Origin: Candidatus Micrarchaeota archaeon
GTDB taxonomy: Archaea > Micrarchaeota > Micrarchaeia > Norongarragalinales > Norongarragalinaceae
Direction of reading: 5' to 3'
NCBI GenBank assembly: GCA_016188965.1
Contig: JACPGT010000013.1
Location: 66 to 64,065, forward strand
DNA length: 64,000 bases
The notes beneath the pieces were generated by a model. The model worked only from the letters and a program-made list of their open reading frames with translations. It made no database searches and had not been told where the DNA came from. Shown piece by piece: positions 28,582 through 37,789 of the stretch (its first letter is position 1; every line of letters starts with the position of its first letter). Both the position numbers and the translations under genes were made by a program.

Positions 28582-30399
28582 TCATGGACTCACCCAACGC
28601 AACGCCAGCAACACCAGCCCGATTGAAATCAGGAAGACCAACGGCGCGACGACTTTCGCGACAGACACGATGGCGTTGATGGTCGAAAGCAATTCAGCCT
28701 GCCGCTGCACGCCCAACACCGACACGTCGATGCGGCGAGCGCTGACCGCGGCCTTGACCGGCTCCAAGTCATCCAAAGCCAGCCTGACGGCCGCCACAAT
28801 GCGGTCCATCAGCAATACTCGGTCCAGTCGCGCGCCCACCGGATTGTGGATGCCGCCGATAGTGTTGACCGAATGCGTGTCAGACGTGTACAAGTCAACT
28901 AGGTCAAAACCGAACGGTTCAAGGCGCTTGAGGACCTTGGCGCGAAAATCGGGCACCGCGTTGTTGCCATCCACCAGCACCACGCAGGCCTTCTTGCGAC
29001 CCATTGAGAACACCGCGACCTTGAGGCCGGCTCCGCCGATGCCGTCAGGAATGGAGAATTCGGGCAACGAGTCCGACGCCACGCCCAGGCGCAAAGACCC
29101 GCCGGACTGCACCCGGAGGCTTTCGACCGCGTCAACGTAGCGGTTGTACACGTCGGAACCCACGTCGAACATCTCGCCGTTCGTCAAGCTGTTGTGCCGG
29201 TCCACCACCAGCGCTTCGTCGAACCGCCGCAGCGCCAAATTGCGGAGAGCAAGGCCGGCACCCAGGTCGAAATCCTCGGTCGAATGCGGCGCACGCGTCA
29301 GGCTGATCCACGCACTCCGGCCGAAGCCAAGAGCTGCGACCCGCGTCTCGCCCACCTGGCGCAGGTCAAGAAATGCCGCGGATGCGTACGGACGCGCGGT
29401 GCGCACCAGGTCGCCGAATTGCTGCGCCACGACCTCGGCCTCCCGGGAGTGCACCAGGTTCATATCATGGTTGACCAGTCCGTGGAAAGTGAACGCCTCG
29501 GATTCGAATTCGCGACGGAAGTAATCGGAAAGCTGTTGGGGCAATCGGCTGGAACCCAGGTTGCCAAAAGGCCCGAAGTGAATCTGGGGCACCAAAAAGG
29601 CGGCTTTGAGCGAGCCGTCCTTGCGCCGGAAAGCCACGGCACCGATCCAGGTGCGTACCTTCTGGCCGAAACCGCCGAAGAAATCCTCCAACCCTTGCTC
29701 ACCATGCACCCACTGCGCGAAGAACAACGCCAACGCTTCAGTCGTGCTGACGCCGAAGTTGCGCTCGGAAGGCGCGTTCAGCACGTAGACCAGCGCGCCC
29801 AACGCCAGAAGGAGGATGCCGGCGGAAAGCACGAACTGCAGCAGGCTCAACGACGAAACGCTGACGCCCAGGCCCGCGATGAGGCCGAAGCCGTTCCACA
29901 CCACCAAAGCGGCCAGGTTGAACACGGCATGCGCGCCGCACAAAGCCAGCGCCATGCGGGGGCCGGCCGAAAGGACCACGCGCAACGCAATCAACCACGC
30001 CGCCACCGAAGCCGCGTTGACCACCAAGACGGCCGTGTAAAGCCCCGAGCCGAACAGGCCCTGCACAAGCGAACCCAGCACGTAGCCTGAAGCCACCAAC
30101 GACGTGACAAGCAACGCCGAGGCCAAGGCGTAGGCATCGAAATGCTTCTTGATGGCATATGAAAGCAAGCCGTACGTCAACAACGCCGGCAAAAAAAGCA
30201 CCCAGAAGCCGTGCGCGCTGCCGTAAAACGCCGCTTGAAGGGGGTCGGCCGTGCGGAACAACTGCATGAGAAAGCCGGCCACCACGCTGACGACTAGAAG
30301 ATACGCCGTAAGGATGCGCGACGACGGCAGTTCGACCAGCATGTTGCTGAGGCTGATCATCTTGCCTCGCGAATCCTTGACCATGCCCGTCTTGTCCAT
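28582..30399 (-). CDS. large membrane protein (N-terminal polytopic region + C-terminal soluble domain; DUF2070-like guess)
   Basis: 605 aa with about 6-8 TM helices followed by a roughly 350-aa soluble region. The family assignment comes from architecture only. Confidence 0.35.
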   Translation of the reverse strand: MDKTGMVKDSRGKMISLSNMLVELPSSRILTAYLLVVSVVAGFLMQLFRTADPLQAAFYGSAHGFWVLFLPALLTYGLLSYAIKKHFDAYALASALLVTSLVASGYVLGSLVQGLFGSGLYTAVLVVNAASVAAWLIALRVVLSAGPRMALALCGAHAVFNLAALVVWNGFGLIAGLGVSVSSLSLLQFVLSAGILLLALGALVYVLNAPSERNFGVSTTEALALFFAQWVHGEQGLEDFFGGFGQKVRTWIGAVAFRRKDGSLKAAFLVPQIHFGPFGNLGSSRLPQQLSDYFRREFESEAFTFHGLVNHDMNLVHSREAEVVAQQFGDLVRTARPYASAAFLDLRQVGETRVAALGFGRSAWISLTRAPHSTEDFDLGAGLALRNLALRRFDEALVVDRHNSLTNGEMFDVGSDVYNRYVDAVESLRVQSGGSLRLGVASDSLPEFSIPDGIGGAGLKVAVFSMGRKKACVVLVDGNNAVPDFRAKVLKRLEPFGFDLVDLYTSDTHSVNTIGGIHNPVGARLDRVLLMDRIVAAVRLALDDLEPVKAAVSARRIDVSVLGVQRQAELLSTINAIVSVAKVVAPLVFLISIGLVLLALRWVSP

Positions 30400-30509
30400 C
30401 CGGCAAATAGAAGGAAAAAAGCGCCTTTAAACACGCCGGAAAAGGCCAATACCGTTACCCAAAATACGAAGGCAAAAAAAGAAGAAAAAAAGTCAAACGT
30501 GAGAAGACT

Positions 30510-30890
30510 TCAGCGGCCGCCTAAGACCAACGCCAAATGGCCGAACCAAGGAATCCTAAATGCGACGGTTCCCTGCACTGAGCCATGCGGCACAATCCAG
30601 CCGTCCACCGCCACGTTGGCATCCCCCCGGGTCCGGTACGAGCCGTCAGACGCCACGAACGTCACTCGATGGACGTACACCGAATCATCCCTAGAAAAGA
30701 CTACCACATCCCCAACGTCGTACGCCGACTCTGTTTTCAACAAGACCCAGTCACCCCGCGTCAGTGCCGGCGCCATGCTATCGGACGTGACAGTAGCCAA
30801 GAAAGACGGCGTGCCCAAAACTAACGCCAAAAACACGTAGCCGCCAGCCAAAACGGCGAAGACCAGCAACAAACGACGAAAAACAGCCAT
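30510..30890 (-). CDS. signal peptidase I, archaeal/eukaryal (S26B, Sec11-like) type
   Basis: N-terminal TM helix, SDSMAP (Ser box), VHRV (His box) and GDAN..D box. Confidence 0.75.
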   Translation of the reverse strand: MAVFRRLLLVFAVLAGGYVFLALVLGTPSFLATVTSDSMAPALTRGDWVLLKTESAYDVGDVVVFSRDDSVYVHRVTFVASDGSYRTRGDANVAVDGWIVPHGSVQGTVAFRIPWFGHLALVLGGR

Positions 30891-30900
30891 GACTCACCGC

Positions 30901-31197
30901 CTACCGTCTCTTGCCGAACCGTCGGCCCAACCACAAACCAGCGCCCAACCCGATGGCCAAAGAACCCGAAGAAAAAAGCGCAACCAAGAGCCAATTCGTC
31001 ACTGGCAAAACGACGAGGCTTGAACGCGAATTGGCCCATTCGCTTTTCACGGTCTGCAAATCAGCATCTGCACGGGCCTGCGTCCAGAACATAAACGCGT
31101 CGCCAGCTAAGATCAGCAAGACGCCCAACGCAATCGATGCCAAAACCACGCGGTCAACCACAAAGCCCCACCCTTCTTCAAAACTCAAAGCCGGCAA
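30901..31197 (-). CDS. small membrane protein
   Basis: 98-aa ORF with two hydrophobic helices and a basic C-terminus. Confidence 0.45.
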   Translation of the reverse strand: MPALSFEEGWGFVVDRVVLASIALGVLLILAGDAFMFWTQARADADLQTVKSEWANSRSSLVVLPVTNWLLVALFSSGSLAIGLGAGLWLGRRFGKRR

Positions 31198-31278
31198 GCC
31201 TTAAAACTCCTGCCGCATTAAGGCCTTGGATTTGCTTCGGCGCTCGGCAACGCAAAGACGGAAAAAAGAGGCGGTTGA

Positions 31279-31776
31279 ATGAAGAAAAAAACGCACCCAA
31301 CACACGTGATCCACTTTTCGAACGTCTCCACCACGGCAAAAACCATTTTTTTAGCCGGATTCCTCTTAATCGCTTTCGCACTTTTTCTCTCGCAAGCCAC
31401 GCCCATTTTCGCCAAAGCGGCGCTTGCACCAGACATCCGAGGCACTCTGGTTCTTACAGATAAAGGATATTCGTCTTCAACACAGATGCAACTTCCACAA
31501 ACAGTCATGGCGGCGGTGTCCCTTCCAGGCTCAAGCTGCCCAGTGGTGATGATTACAGCATGCGCCTCTGGCTCAAGTGGAGGAATTTACGGCAGTTACG
31601 GTAGGCCCGAGCTCTCCATTGATGGCACGCTTTACGCCGCTGAAACAACATCGGGCGACCCCTGTACGTATTATACGGTTGCTTTAGTTCCAGGACCACA
31701 CTATTTTAGAGCGGGAAAAACAGTAAGTGGATCACTAGTCCACTACATGTCCCTAGCGTACAGCTGCAAACCATAA
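31279..31776 (+). CDS. secreted hypothetical protein
   Basis: 165 aa with signal/anchor helix LAGFLLIAFALFL and Cys pairs. Locally lower GC than the surroundings. Confidence 0.5.
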   Translation: MKKKTHPTHVIHFSNVSTTAKTIFLAGFLLIAFALFLSQATPIFAKAALAPDIRGTLVLTDKGYSSSTQMQLPQTVMAAVSLPGSSCPVVMITACASGSSGGIYGSYGRPELSIDGTLYAAETTSGDPCTYYTVALVPGPHYFRAGKTVSGSLVHYMSLAYSCKP

Positions 31777-31791
31777 TAAGGAAATACGACT

Positions 31792-32940
31792 ATGCGCGTG
31801 CTTCTTGCGGCACTGGCGTTCATGACTTTTTTAAGTGGAATGACGCTGGCGGCATCAAGTGCCATCTGCAACACGCCCATGTACGACGGCATCTGCTGCG
31901 ACTCGGCTCCAACAGAATACCTCTGGCCTTCCGGAAACGGCTGTTGCTACGGCGGACACCCCTTGCCAGGGCCGACGTGCCCGCTATTGCTTAAGAACGA
32001 CGCGGAATTCGTCAGCCAAAGCCCGCCACCGGCAACGATGACCGCCGGCCAAAGCATTGCCGTATCCATTGCGATGAAAAACAACGGAACCACGGCATGG
32101 ACCGCCGACGGGTACCAACTCGGATTGTTGCGTCAAAGCGTCCCCGTGAATCCCACCGACGCCGGTTACACCATCTGGGGCGCCAACCCCCAACCCATGA
32201 CCGCCGGAGAAACGGTCGCACCCGGGCAAAGCAAAACGTTCAGCTTCCAAATCACCGCCCCGTTAACAGCGGGATCGTACGAATTCCAATGGCAGATGGC
32301 GCAACAGAACGTCGAATGGTTCGGCCAAAAAACCCCGCCAACCCAAGTAACCGTCACCACGCCGACACCATCTCCTAGTCCAACGCCCACACCCAGCCCG
32401 ACTCCTTCTGCTAGCCCGTCATCAACGCCGATACCTTCAAACCCCCCGACCCCAATTCCAAGTCCCTCTCCAACGCCGTCCATCAGTCCGTCATTTCCGC
32501 CCATTCCTTCAGTCACGCCAACGGCAACGCCAACAGCGGTCCCTTCAACCAGCTTGCCTCCCAACGTCCGGCCGGAAGCCTCAATCAGAATGTCCTGCCC
32601 GTCCAACCTGCTAACCACGCGCAACGTCACGCTGGCCACGTTGACGCTCTCGTTCGGCCAAGCCACCTGCGACCCCGCCGTGGAACTCAACGTCACGTCG
32701 CCCAAGAAGACGAAGCCGGAAGTCACGCCGTTAGGCTGCGTCAACGGCCGCTCGGCATTCAACGTCTCGACGACGGGCGACGGCGCATATACGGTGGTAG
32801 CCAACTATTCCGGCAGCGTGGACACGTGTACGTTCGCCATTGCCGGCACGCCGCCGCAACCCACGCCCGAAATCGACCCCGTCGTCCTAATCCTGACCGC
32901 GCTCATGGCAGGCCTGGCCGCAACCGCCAGGAAGAAGTGA
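31792..32940 (+). CDS. secreted surface protein: Cys-rich head, Ig-like beta-sandwich domain (NBR1/FW-like guess), P/S/T linker, shared C-terminal module and TM anchor
   Basis: Signal peptide. TMTAGQSIAVSIAMKNNGTTAW...YEFQWQMAQQNVEWFG. PTPSPSPTP linker. C-terminus paralogous to 18691..20121, ending PQPTPE + helix + RKK. Confidence 0.7.
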   Translation: MRVLLAALAFMTFLSGMTLAASSAICNTPMYDGICCDSAPTEYLWPSGNGCCYGGHPLPGPTCPLLLKNDAEFVSQSPPPATMTAGQSIAVSIAMKNNGTTAWTADGYQLGLLRQSVPVNPTDAGYTIWGANPQPMTAGETVAPGQSKTFSFQITAPLTAGSYEFQWQMAQQNVEWFGQKTPPTQVTVTTPTPSPSPTPTPSPTPSASPSSTPIPSNPPTPIPSPSPTPSISPSFPPIPSVTPTATPTAVPSTSLPPNVRPEASIRMSCPSNLLTTRNVTLATLTLSFGQATCDPAVELNVTSPKKTKPEVTPLGCVNGRSAFNVSTTGDGAYTVVANYSGSVDTCTFAIAGTPPQPTPEIDPVVLILTALMAGLAATARKK

Positions 32941-33030
32941 ACGCGAAAGCAGCGGCTGCAAACGGGAAAATAAAGGGTCGGCGGCAAACCCACCGGAAAA
33001 ACGGAGAACGAAAAGACAGGCGTGGACCGC

Positions 33031-33624
33031 CTACTTCGTGACGATTTCGCGCAGGATGATCTTGAACGTCAGCTCTTTGCCGGCCAGCGGGTGGTTGAAG
33101 TCCACCGTCACGTTCTGGGAATCGACTTTCGTGATGACGCCCGGATAGCCTTGCGGCGACTGCACCTGAAGGCCGACTTGCGGCTCGGACGAGTTGTCGA
33201 ACATCGAACGCGGCACTTGCACGATGGCCTGCGGGTCGGACACGCCATACGCCTCGCTGGGCTTAAGCACGGCCATCTTTTCCTGGCCGACGGTCATGCC
33301 GATGACGGCCTTGTCAAAACCGGGCACTACCTGACCGGCGCCGGCGGTGAACGCCAGCGGTTCGTACGTCGGACGGGCCGGCAATCCGGCTTTCTTCGCC
33401 TCGGCTTCGATGGACGTGTCGAACACCTTGCCCTCCGTCGTGCCTAAATAATCAACCTTGACCGTATCTCCGCTTTTGACTGCCATCGAACCCACTCCAA
33501 TTGTCGGGACCATCGTCGAAACTGCGCTCGAATTCAAGACAGCTCCCGTCGTTTGCGGTTGCGTGCAGCCTGCCAACAACAGCGCGGCGAACAAAAAGGC
33601 CAACAAGCCCGCTCGGTAGTCCAT
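33031..33624 (-). CDS. FKBP-type peptidyl-prolyl isomerase (SlyD-like insert), exported/lipobox-bearing
   Basis: LLLAGC lipobox-like signal. VDYLGT..GKVFDTS, GFDKAVIGM and C-terminal NHPLAGKELTF motifs. Confidence 0.8.
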   Translation of the reverse strand: MDYRAGLLAFLFAALLLAGCTQPQTTGAVLNSSAVSTMVPTIGVGSMAVKSGDTVKVDYLGTTEGKVFDTSIEAEAKKAGLPARPTYEPLAFTAGAGQVVPGFDKAVIGMTVGQEKMAVLKPSEAYGVSDPQAIVQVPRSMFDNSSEPQVGLQVQSPQGYPGVITKVDSQNVTVDFNHPLAGKELTFKIILREIVTK

Positions 33625-33678
33625 GTAGGGCGTTGGGGCTGCAAACCGTTAAATCCCTTTGCCCGCCCAACTCAAGAC

Positions 33679-34680
33679 ATGACGGCTAACTCCAAAGCGG
33701 CCCCAGAATCCGCATCGCAAACCTCCGCTGACGAAAAACACGACCATGAAGACCCCGAGCACGCCAGCCACGGCCACGCACATGCCGGCCACCACGGCGA
33801 CACGCTCAAGCATTACCTTGAAGCCGCCCGCGTCGCCGTTTCCGTCCGGTCCTTTGCCGAAGACTACGTCAAGCCCGGATTGAAGCTGTTGGACATCGCC
33901 GAGAAGATCGAAGCCGAAATCACCGAACAAGGCGCCGCCCCGGCGTTTCCCTGCAACCTGTCGCTCAACGAGGAAGCCGCGCATGACACTCCCCTGATCG
34001 GCGATGAACGCGTCCTGAAGGATTCCGACGTTTTGAAAGTCGACTTCGGCGTCCACGTGGAAGGCCACATCGTGGACCAGGCATTCACCGTCAACTTCGA
34101 CAACCAACACGCCAAGATGATCGAAGCGGCGCAACAGGCGCTGCAGGACGCGTTGAGCGTGATGAAAGCCGGAGCCAACGTGCGCGACGTAGGAGCGGCC
34201 ATCGAAGAAGCCATCGTCACGCGCGGCTTTCAGCCCGTCGAAAACCTCTGTGGCCACAGTTTGGCGCCGTACGTCGTGCACGCAGGCGTTTCCGTGCCGA
34301 ACGTGCCGCGCGGCGATTACGTCTTTCAGGAAGGCGACGTGTTCGCCGTAGAGCCGTTTTGCACCAACGGAGGCGGCAAGGTGACCGACGGACAGCTGGA
34401 TGAGATTTTTTCCATGGTGCAGGAAAAACCCGTCCGCCTGCCGCAGAGCCGCAAAGCCGTCGAATTCATCCTCGAGAAATACCAGACGCTTCCGTTCGCC
34501 CGCCGCAACCTACTGCCCGCGCTCGGCTCGCAAGCTTCGGTGGACCTGGCGGTGCGCGACTTGACGCGCCAAGGCATCCTGCACGACTACCCGGTGTTGG
34601 TGGAAATCAACAAGGGAATGGTGGCACAAGCAGAGACAACGGTCATCGTCGAAAAAGACGGAATCAAAGCACTCGTCTGA
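33679..34680 (+). CDS. map: methionine aminopeptidase, type 2 (archaeal), with His-rich N-terminal extension
   Basis: Pita-bread motifs (FPCNLSLNEEAAH, LKVDFGVHVEGH, GHSL, FAVEPF, AQAETTVIV). ATG at 33679; the track ORF extends upstream over the FKBP gene on the opposite strand. Confidence 0.88.
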   Translation: MTANSKAAPESASQTSADEKHDHEDPEHASHGHAHAGHHGDTLKHYLEAARVAVSVRSFAEDYVKPGLKLLDIAEKIEAEITEQGAAPAFPCNLSLNEEAAHDTPLIGDERVLKDSDVLKVDFGVHVEGHIVDQAFTVNFDNQHAKMIEAAQQALQDALSVMKAGANVRDVGAAIEEAIVTRGFQPVENLCGHSLAPYVVHAGVSVPNVPRGDYVFQEGDVFAVEPFCTNGGGKVTDGQLDEIFSMVQEKPVRLPQSRKAVEFILEKYQTLPFARRNLLPALGSQASVDLAVRDLTRQGILHDYPVLVEINKGMVAQAETTVIVEKDGIKALV

Positions 34681-34728
34681 ATTCGCGTTTTTCTTTTGGT
34701 AAAGCTTTTCTTCGAAAAGAAAAGGTTT

Positions 34729-34809
34729 GTCGACCTCAACAAGGGTATGGTAGCACAGGCGGAAACGACGGTCATCGTCGAAAAAGATTCCGTTAAAGCG
34801 CTCGTGTAA
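34729..34809 (+). repeat. second copy of the last 26 codons + stop of map (VDLNKGMVAQAETTVIVEKDSVKALV*)
   Basis: 81 nt, the same length as the genuine 3' end (34600..34680). By hand alignment it has 18 nt differences, 10 of them synonymous codon changes. Preceded by hairpin 34705..34724. Confidence 0.85.
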
Positions 34810-34912
34810 AACAAAAACCTTTCTTTTGGTAGAGCCAACAAAATCGCTTTGCGAATTTGAGGGATCTGCAAAGCTCTGCTTTGCATGTCTTTTCTTTGGA
34901 AAGAAAAGGTCT

Positions 34913-34993
34913 GTCGACCTCAACAAGGAAATGGTGGCACAAGCCGAAACCACCGTTATCATTGAAAAAGACGGCGTCAAAGCACGGGTTTGA
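34913..34993 (+). repeat. third copy of the last 26 codons + stop of map (VDLNKEMVAQAETTVIIEKDGVKARV*)
   Basis: 81 nt with 16 nt differences from the genuine end, 8 of them synonymous codon changes. Preceded by hairpin 34889..34908. Confidence 0.85.
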
Positions 34994-35173
34994 AACACTC
35001 CGCGTTGCTGTGGCATCGGCACAGGCAGTCGTCCGTAAAAAAAACCCATCCTGCGTCGCCCTTCGTTTCCGTCGGTCCTCTCCCGTCAGAGACCCGTCTT
35101 GCCTCCGTCGCGCGGTTTTCGGCAAAGCCAGCCGCCGGCACAACTTTTTATAGCCCCTTGACGTAAGGCCACC

Positions 35174-36313
35174 ATGGCCGCTGCAAAAAAGAAAGACGAA
35201 ATAAAGAAGCCCGAGAACACGGATGCCAAAACCAAACCCGACTCTGCAAAAGACGCCAAAGCGGAATCGGCCAAAACCGGTTTTTCGTTTTCCATCCCTC
35301 CGTTGGCGTTGGACGACGCGTTCAAGCTCAAGGCCCCGCTTTTGGTCCTGATGCTGCTTTTGTTCGCATTCGCCGGCTACTTGTTCCAGGCGGCCAGCCT
35401 GCACGTCACCGACTTGGTCGACGTCCAACGCATGCAGTTTTCCGCGGCCAAGCTGTACAGCCTTTCCTTCATCTTGTTCCTCGTCCTGTTCGCATTGGTG
35501 CTGGCGTTGTCCATGCACTTCGGCTACGGCCAGAATTGGCTGATGAGCCTGTTGGCATTGGCACCCACCGGGCTTGCCGCCATCGTGCTGGGCGTGATGT
35601 TCCCGCCGTACTTCGCCGCATTTCTGGCGTTCGCCCTCACCGCAAGTGCGGCTTCGTTCTTCGCTTCGCGGGCCGCCAAGATGAACCTTTCCGGCGCTTG
35701 GAACGTCGTCGGCCGCGCCCTGCTGGTATTGGCATTGTTGGCGTTCGTGTTGACGTTCATGAAAGTCAGCGCCAACTCGCAATACTATTCCGACCGCTTC
35801 CTCAACTCGGCCGTGGCAATGGCGCCTGACTTGGGAGGCCAAGTGGCCGACGCGGTCAAGAACGTCGAAGTGGACGAAGCCTTCCTGCGCGGCGCCATTT
35901 CGAAGGAAACCTTCGCAAGTTCTATTTCTACCGAAAGCGTCCAGTCCGCCATCGAGACCATTCCCGGACTTTCCTCGTTCAACGCCTCGGTGCGCCAGAA
36001 GTGGGCCGAAACGGTCAAAACCAGCCTGACGTCCGACGCGGCATACAACCAGTTCATCACGCTGGGCACGGCATCGCTCAAGAAGGCCCAGGCTAACCTC
36101 GCGGACCAATTCAAGGAAACCGCCACCAACGAGGCAGTCACCGCCGGAGCCTTAGCGCAAGTTAAAAAGTTGCCGGCGTTCAAGCAAGCGACGGACAACT
36201 TCGGCATCATCCTGGCGTTCATGGTGCTTAGCGTCGTAGGCGTAATGAACGTCGCCATCAAGATCCTCGCCACCATCCTGGCCTGGGGCCTCGGGAAAAT
36301 AGCGTTCGCGTAA
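35174..36313 (+). CDS. polytopic membrane protein with lysine-rich N-terminus (unknown function)
   Basis: 379 aa, at least 6 hydrophobic helices plus one roughly 110-aa loop/domain. TATA-like CTTTTTATAGCC about 25 nt upstream of the ATG. Confidence 0.55.
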   Translation: MAAAKKKDEIKKPENTDAKTKPDSAKDAKAESAKTGFSFSIPPLALDDAFKLKAPLLVLMLLLFAFAGYLFQAASLHVTDLVDVQRMQFSAAKLYSLSFILFLVLFALVLALSMHFGYGQNWLMSLLALAPTGLAAIVLGVMFPPYFAAFLAFALTASAASFFASRAAKMNLSGAWNVVGRALLVLALLAFVLTFMKVSANSQYYSDRFLNSAVAMAPDLGGQVADAVKNVEVDEAFLRGAISKETFASSISTESVQSAIETIPGLSSFNASVRQKWAETVKTSLTSDAAYNQFITLGTASLKKAQANLADQFKETATNEAVTAGALAQVKKLPAFKQATDNFGIILAFMVLSVVGVMNVAIKILATILAWGLGKIAFA

Positions 36314-36323
36314 GGAACCCCGC

Positions 36324-37052
36324 ATGGCGCGCACGTTGTATGGCTTTCGACAGGAAGGCCGCACACACTTCGTCATCGTCGCACCCCACGCCGCCGGAGA
36401 CGACCTGCGGACCAAGGAAGTGGCTCAACACCTCGCCCGCCAGCTGGGCGCATCCCTCGTCGTCAACGAGAAGTTCATCAAGCCGAGCAATTCCGCAGCG
36501 TCCCGGCGCCCGCAAGACGTGGAAGACTTCAACCAGTTGCCTTGGACGGAACGCGGATACGGATGGGCACGCAAGAAAGCACCCATGAAACAGTTCTACG
36601 ACCACGTCAAGGCCTTGGCGGCCACGGCGCGAAGCCGAGGTGGAGGGCGGGCCGTCATCATCTACATCCACGGCATGGAGGACAATTCGCAGCAGGTGGG
36701 CATCGACATCGGCGCCGGAGCGAAGTACCACCGAGGTGCCATTCGTGGCGCCGGTGGCAGTCGGCCGCATCCTGAAGCCGGCAGCAACACAGGAGTAGTC
36801 CGGGCAAAACGTGCCGACATTGATACGTTGAAGTCAAAGCTGGACGAAAACCTTCAAGAACATGGACTCCGTGCGGACGTGGGAAGATTTCAACCAGCAT
36901 GGTCGCGGCAAAACGGCGTCCAATTCCATGCCGGAACACCGGACCACTCAATCCAATTAGAGCTTTCCACATTCTTGCGAAAACACAGCAACGTGGAAGC
37001 GACAGCGAGCATCATTGCGAACGCCCTCAAAGCCACGTACCCGATGAGCTAG
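36324..37052 (+). CDS. hypothetical hydrolase-like protein (DUF867 / poly-gamma-glutamate-hydrolase-like guess)
   Basis: VIVAPHAAGDD..T.EVA and later VIIYIHGM resemble the zinc-amidase family pattern. Weak. Confidence 0.3.
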   Translation: MARTLYGFRQEGRTHFVIVAPHAAGDDLRTKEVAQHLARQLGASLVVNEKFIKPSNSAASRRPQDVEDFNQLPWTERGYGWARKKAPMKQFYDHVKALAATARSRGGGRAVIIYIHGMEDNSQQVGIDIGAGAKYHRGAIRGAGGSRPHPEAGSNTGVVRAKRADIDTLKSKLDENLQEHGLRADVGRFQPAWSRQNGVQFHAGTPDHSIQLELSTFLRKHSNVEATASIIANALKATYPMS

Positions 37053-37078
37053 CCACCCCCCAAAAAAAGAAGCCGCAT

Positions 37079-37771
37079 CTATTGACGTTGGAAAACAAAG
37101 CAATGCCCCGCGTGTTGTTGTTTCTTACCCAACCGGCATTCGCGGTAATCCGCCGCTTTCAACGGCCGGTACGCCGCCTCGATTTCGTTGCGCGTCCGAT
37201 AATACATGACGTTTCCCATCTTGCCCACGGCTTCTGACTGGCCCGCCTTTGGCGCGTCCGCGTCGGAAAAACACGCAAGCAACAACACGCCACCGGGTGA
37301 CAACAGCTTGCCGAATTGTGCCGCATAGGCATCCAAATCCACAGGCGCGACGTGGTGCAGCAGGCTCCAGTCCAGGATGAAGTCGAATTTCTTGCCGTTC
37401 AAAGCCGACAACAGGTGCCGGACGTCCGCCTTGACAAAATCAATCCGGACCCCCGCTTTTTGCGCCTTTTTTTCCGCAAGCGCCAACGCCTTTTCCGAAA
37501 AATCGACTCCCGTCACGTCAAATCCTTTTTTCGCCAAAAAAACCGAATAATTGCCCGAACCGCACGCCACGTCCAGGGCAGTGGAGCCGGCGTTGACACG
37601 GCCGGAATCCAGAAGCGCGACCAGTTCGGACGGCGGCTGCTCGATTTCCCAAGGAATCTCGGACGACGGCAAGCGGTATGCCGAATCCCAGTGCGACGCT
37701 GCCGAAGATGCCGATGAAAAATCGGGTTTCAGGTGGCCTTTTTTTCGAGTTGCCTTGGTTTTTTCCGCCAC
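37079..37771 (-). CDS. class I SAM-dependent methyltransferase
   Basis: Motif I ALDVACGSGNYS. Acidic motif II VTGVDFS. Post-I/III spacing is typical. Confidence 0.8.
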   Translation of the reverse strand: MAEKTKATRKKGHLKPDFSSASSAASHWDSAYRLPSSEIPWEIEQPPSELVALLDSGRVNAGSTALDVACGSGNYSVFLAKKGFDVTGVDFSEKALALAEKKAQKAGVRIDFVKADVRHLLSALNGKKFDFILDWSLLHHVAPVDLDAYAAQFGKLLSPGGVLLLACFSDADAPKAGQSEAVGKMGNVMYYRTRNEIEAAYRPLKAADYRECRLGKKQQHAGHCFVFQRQ

Positions 37772-37789
37772 AATGACCGCCAGAAATAT

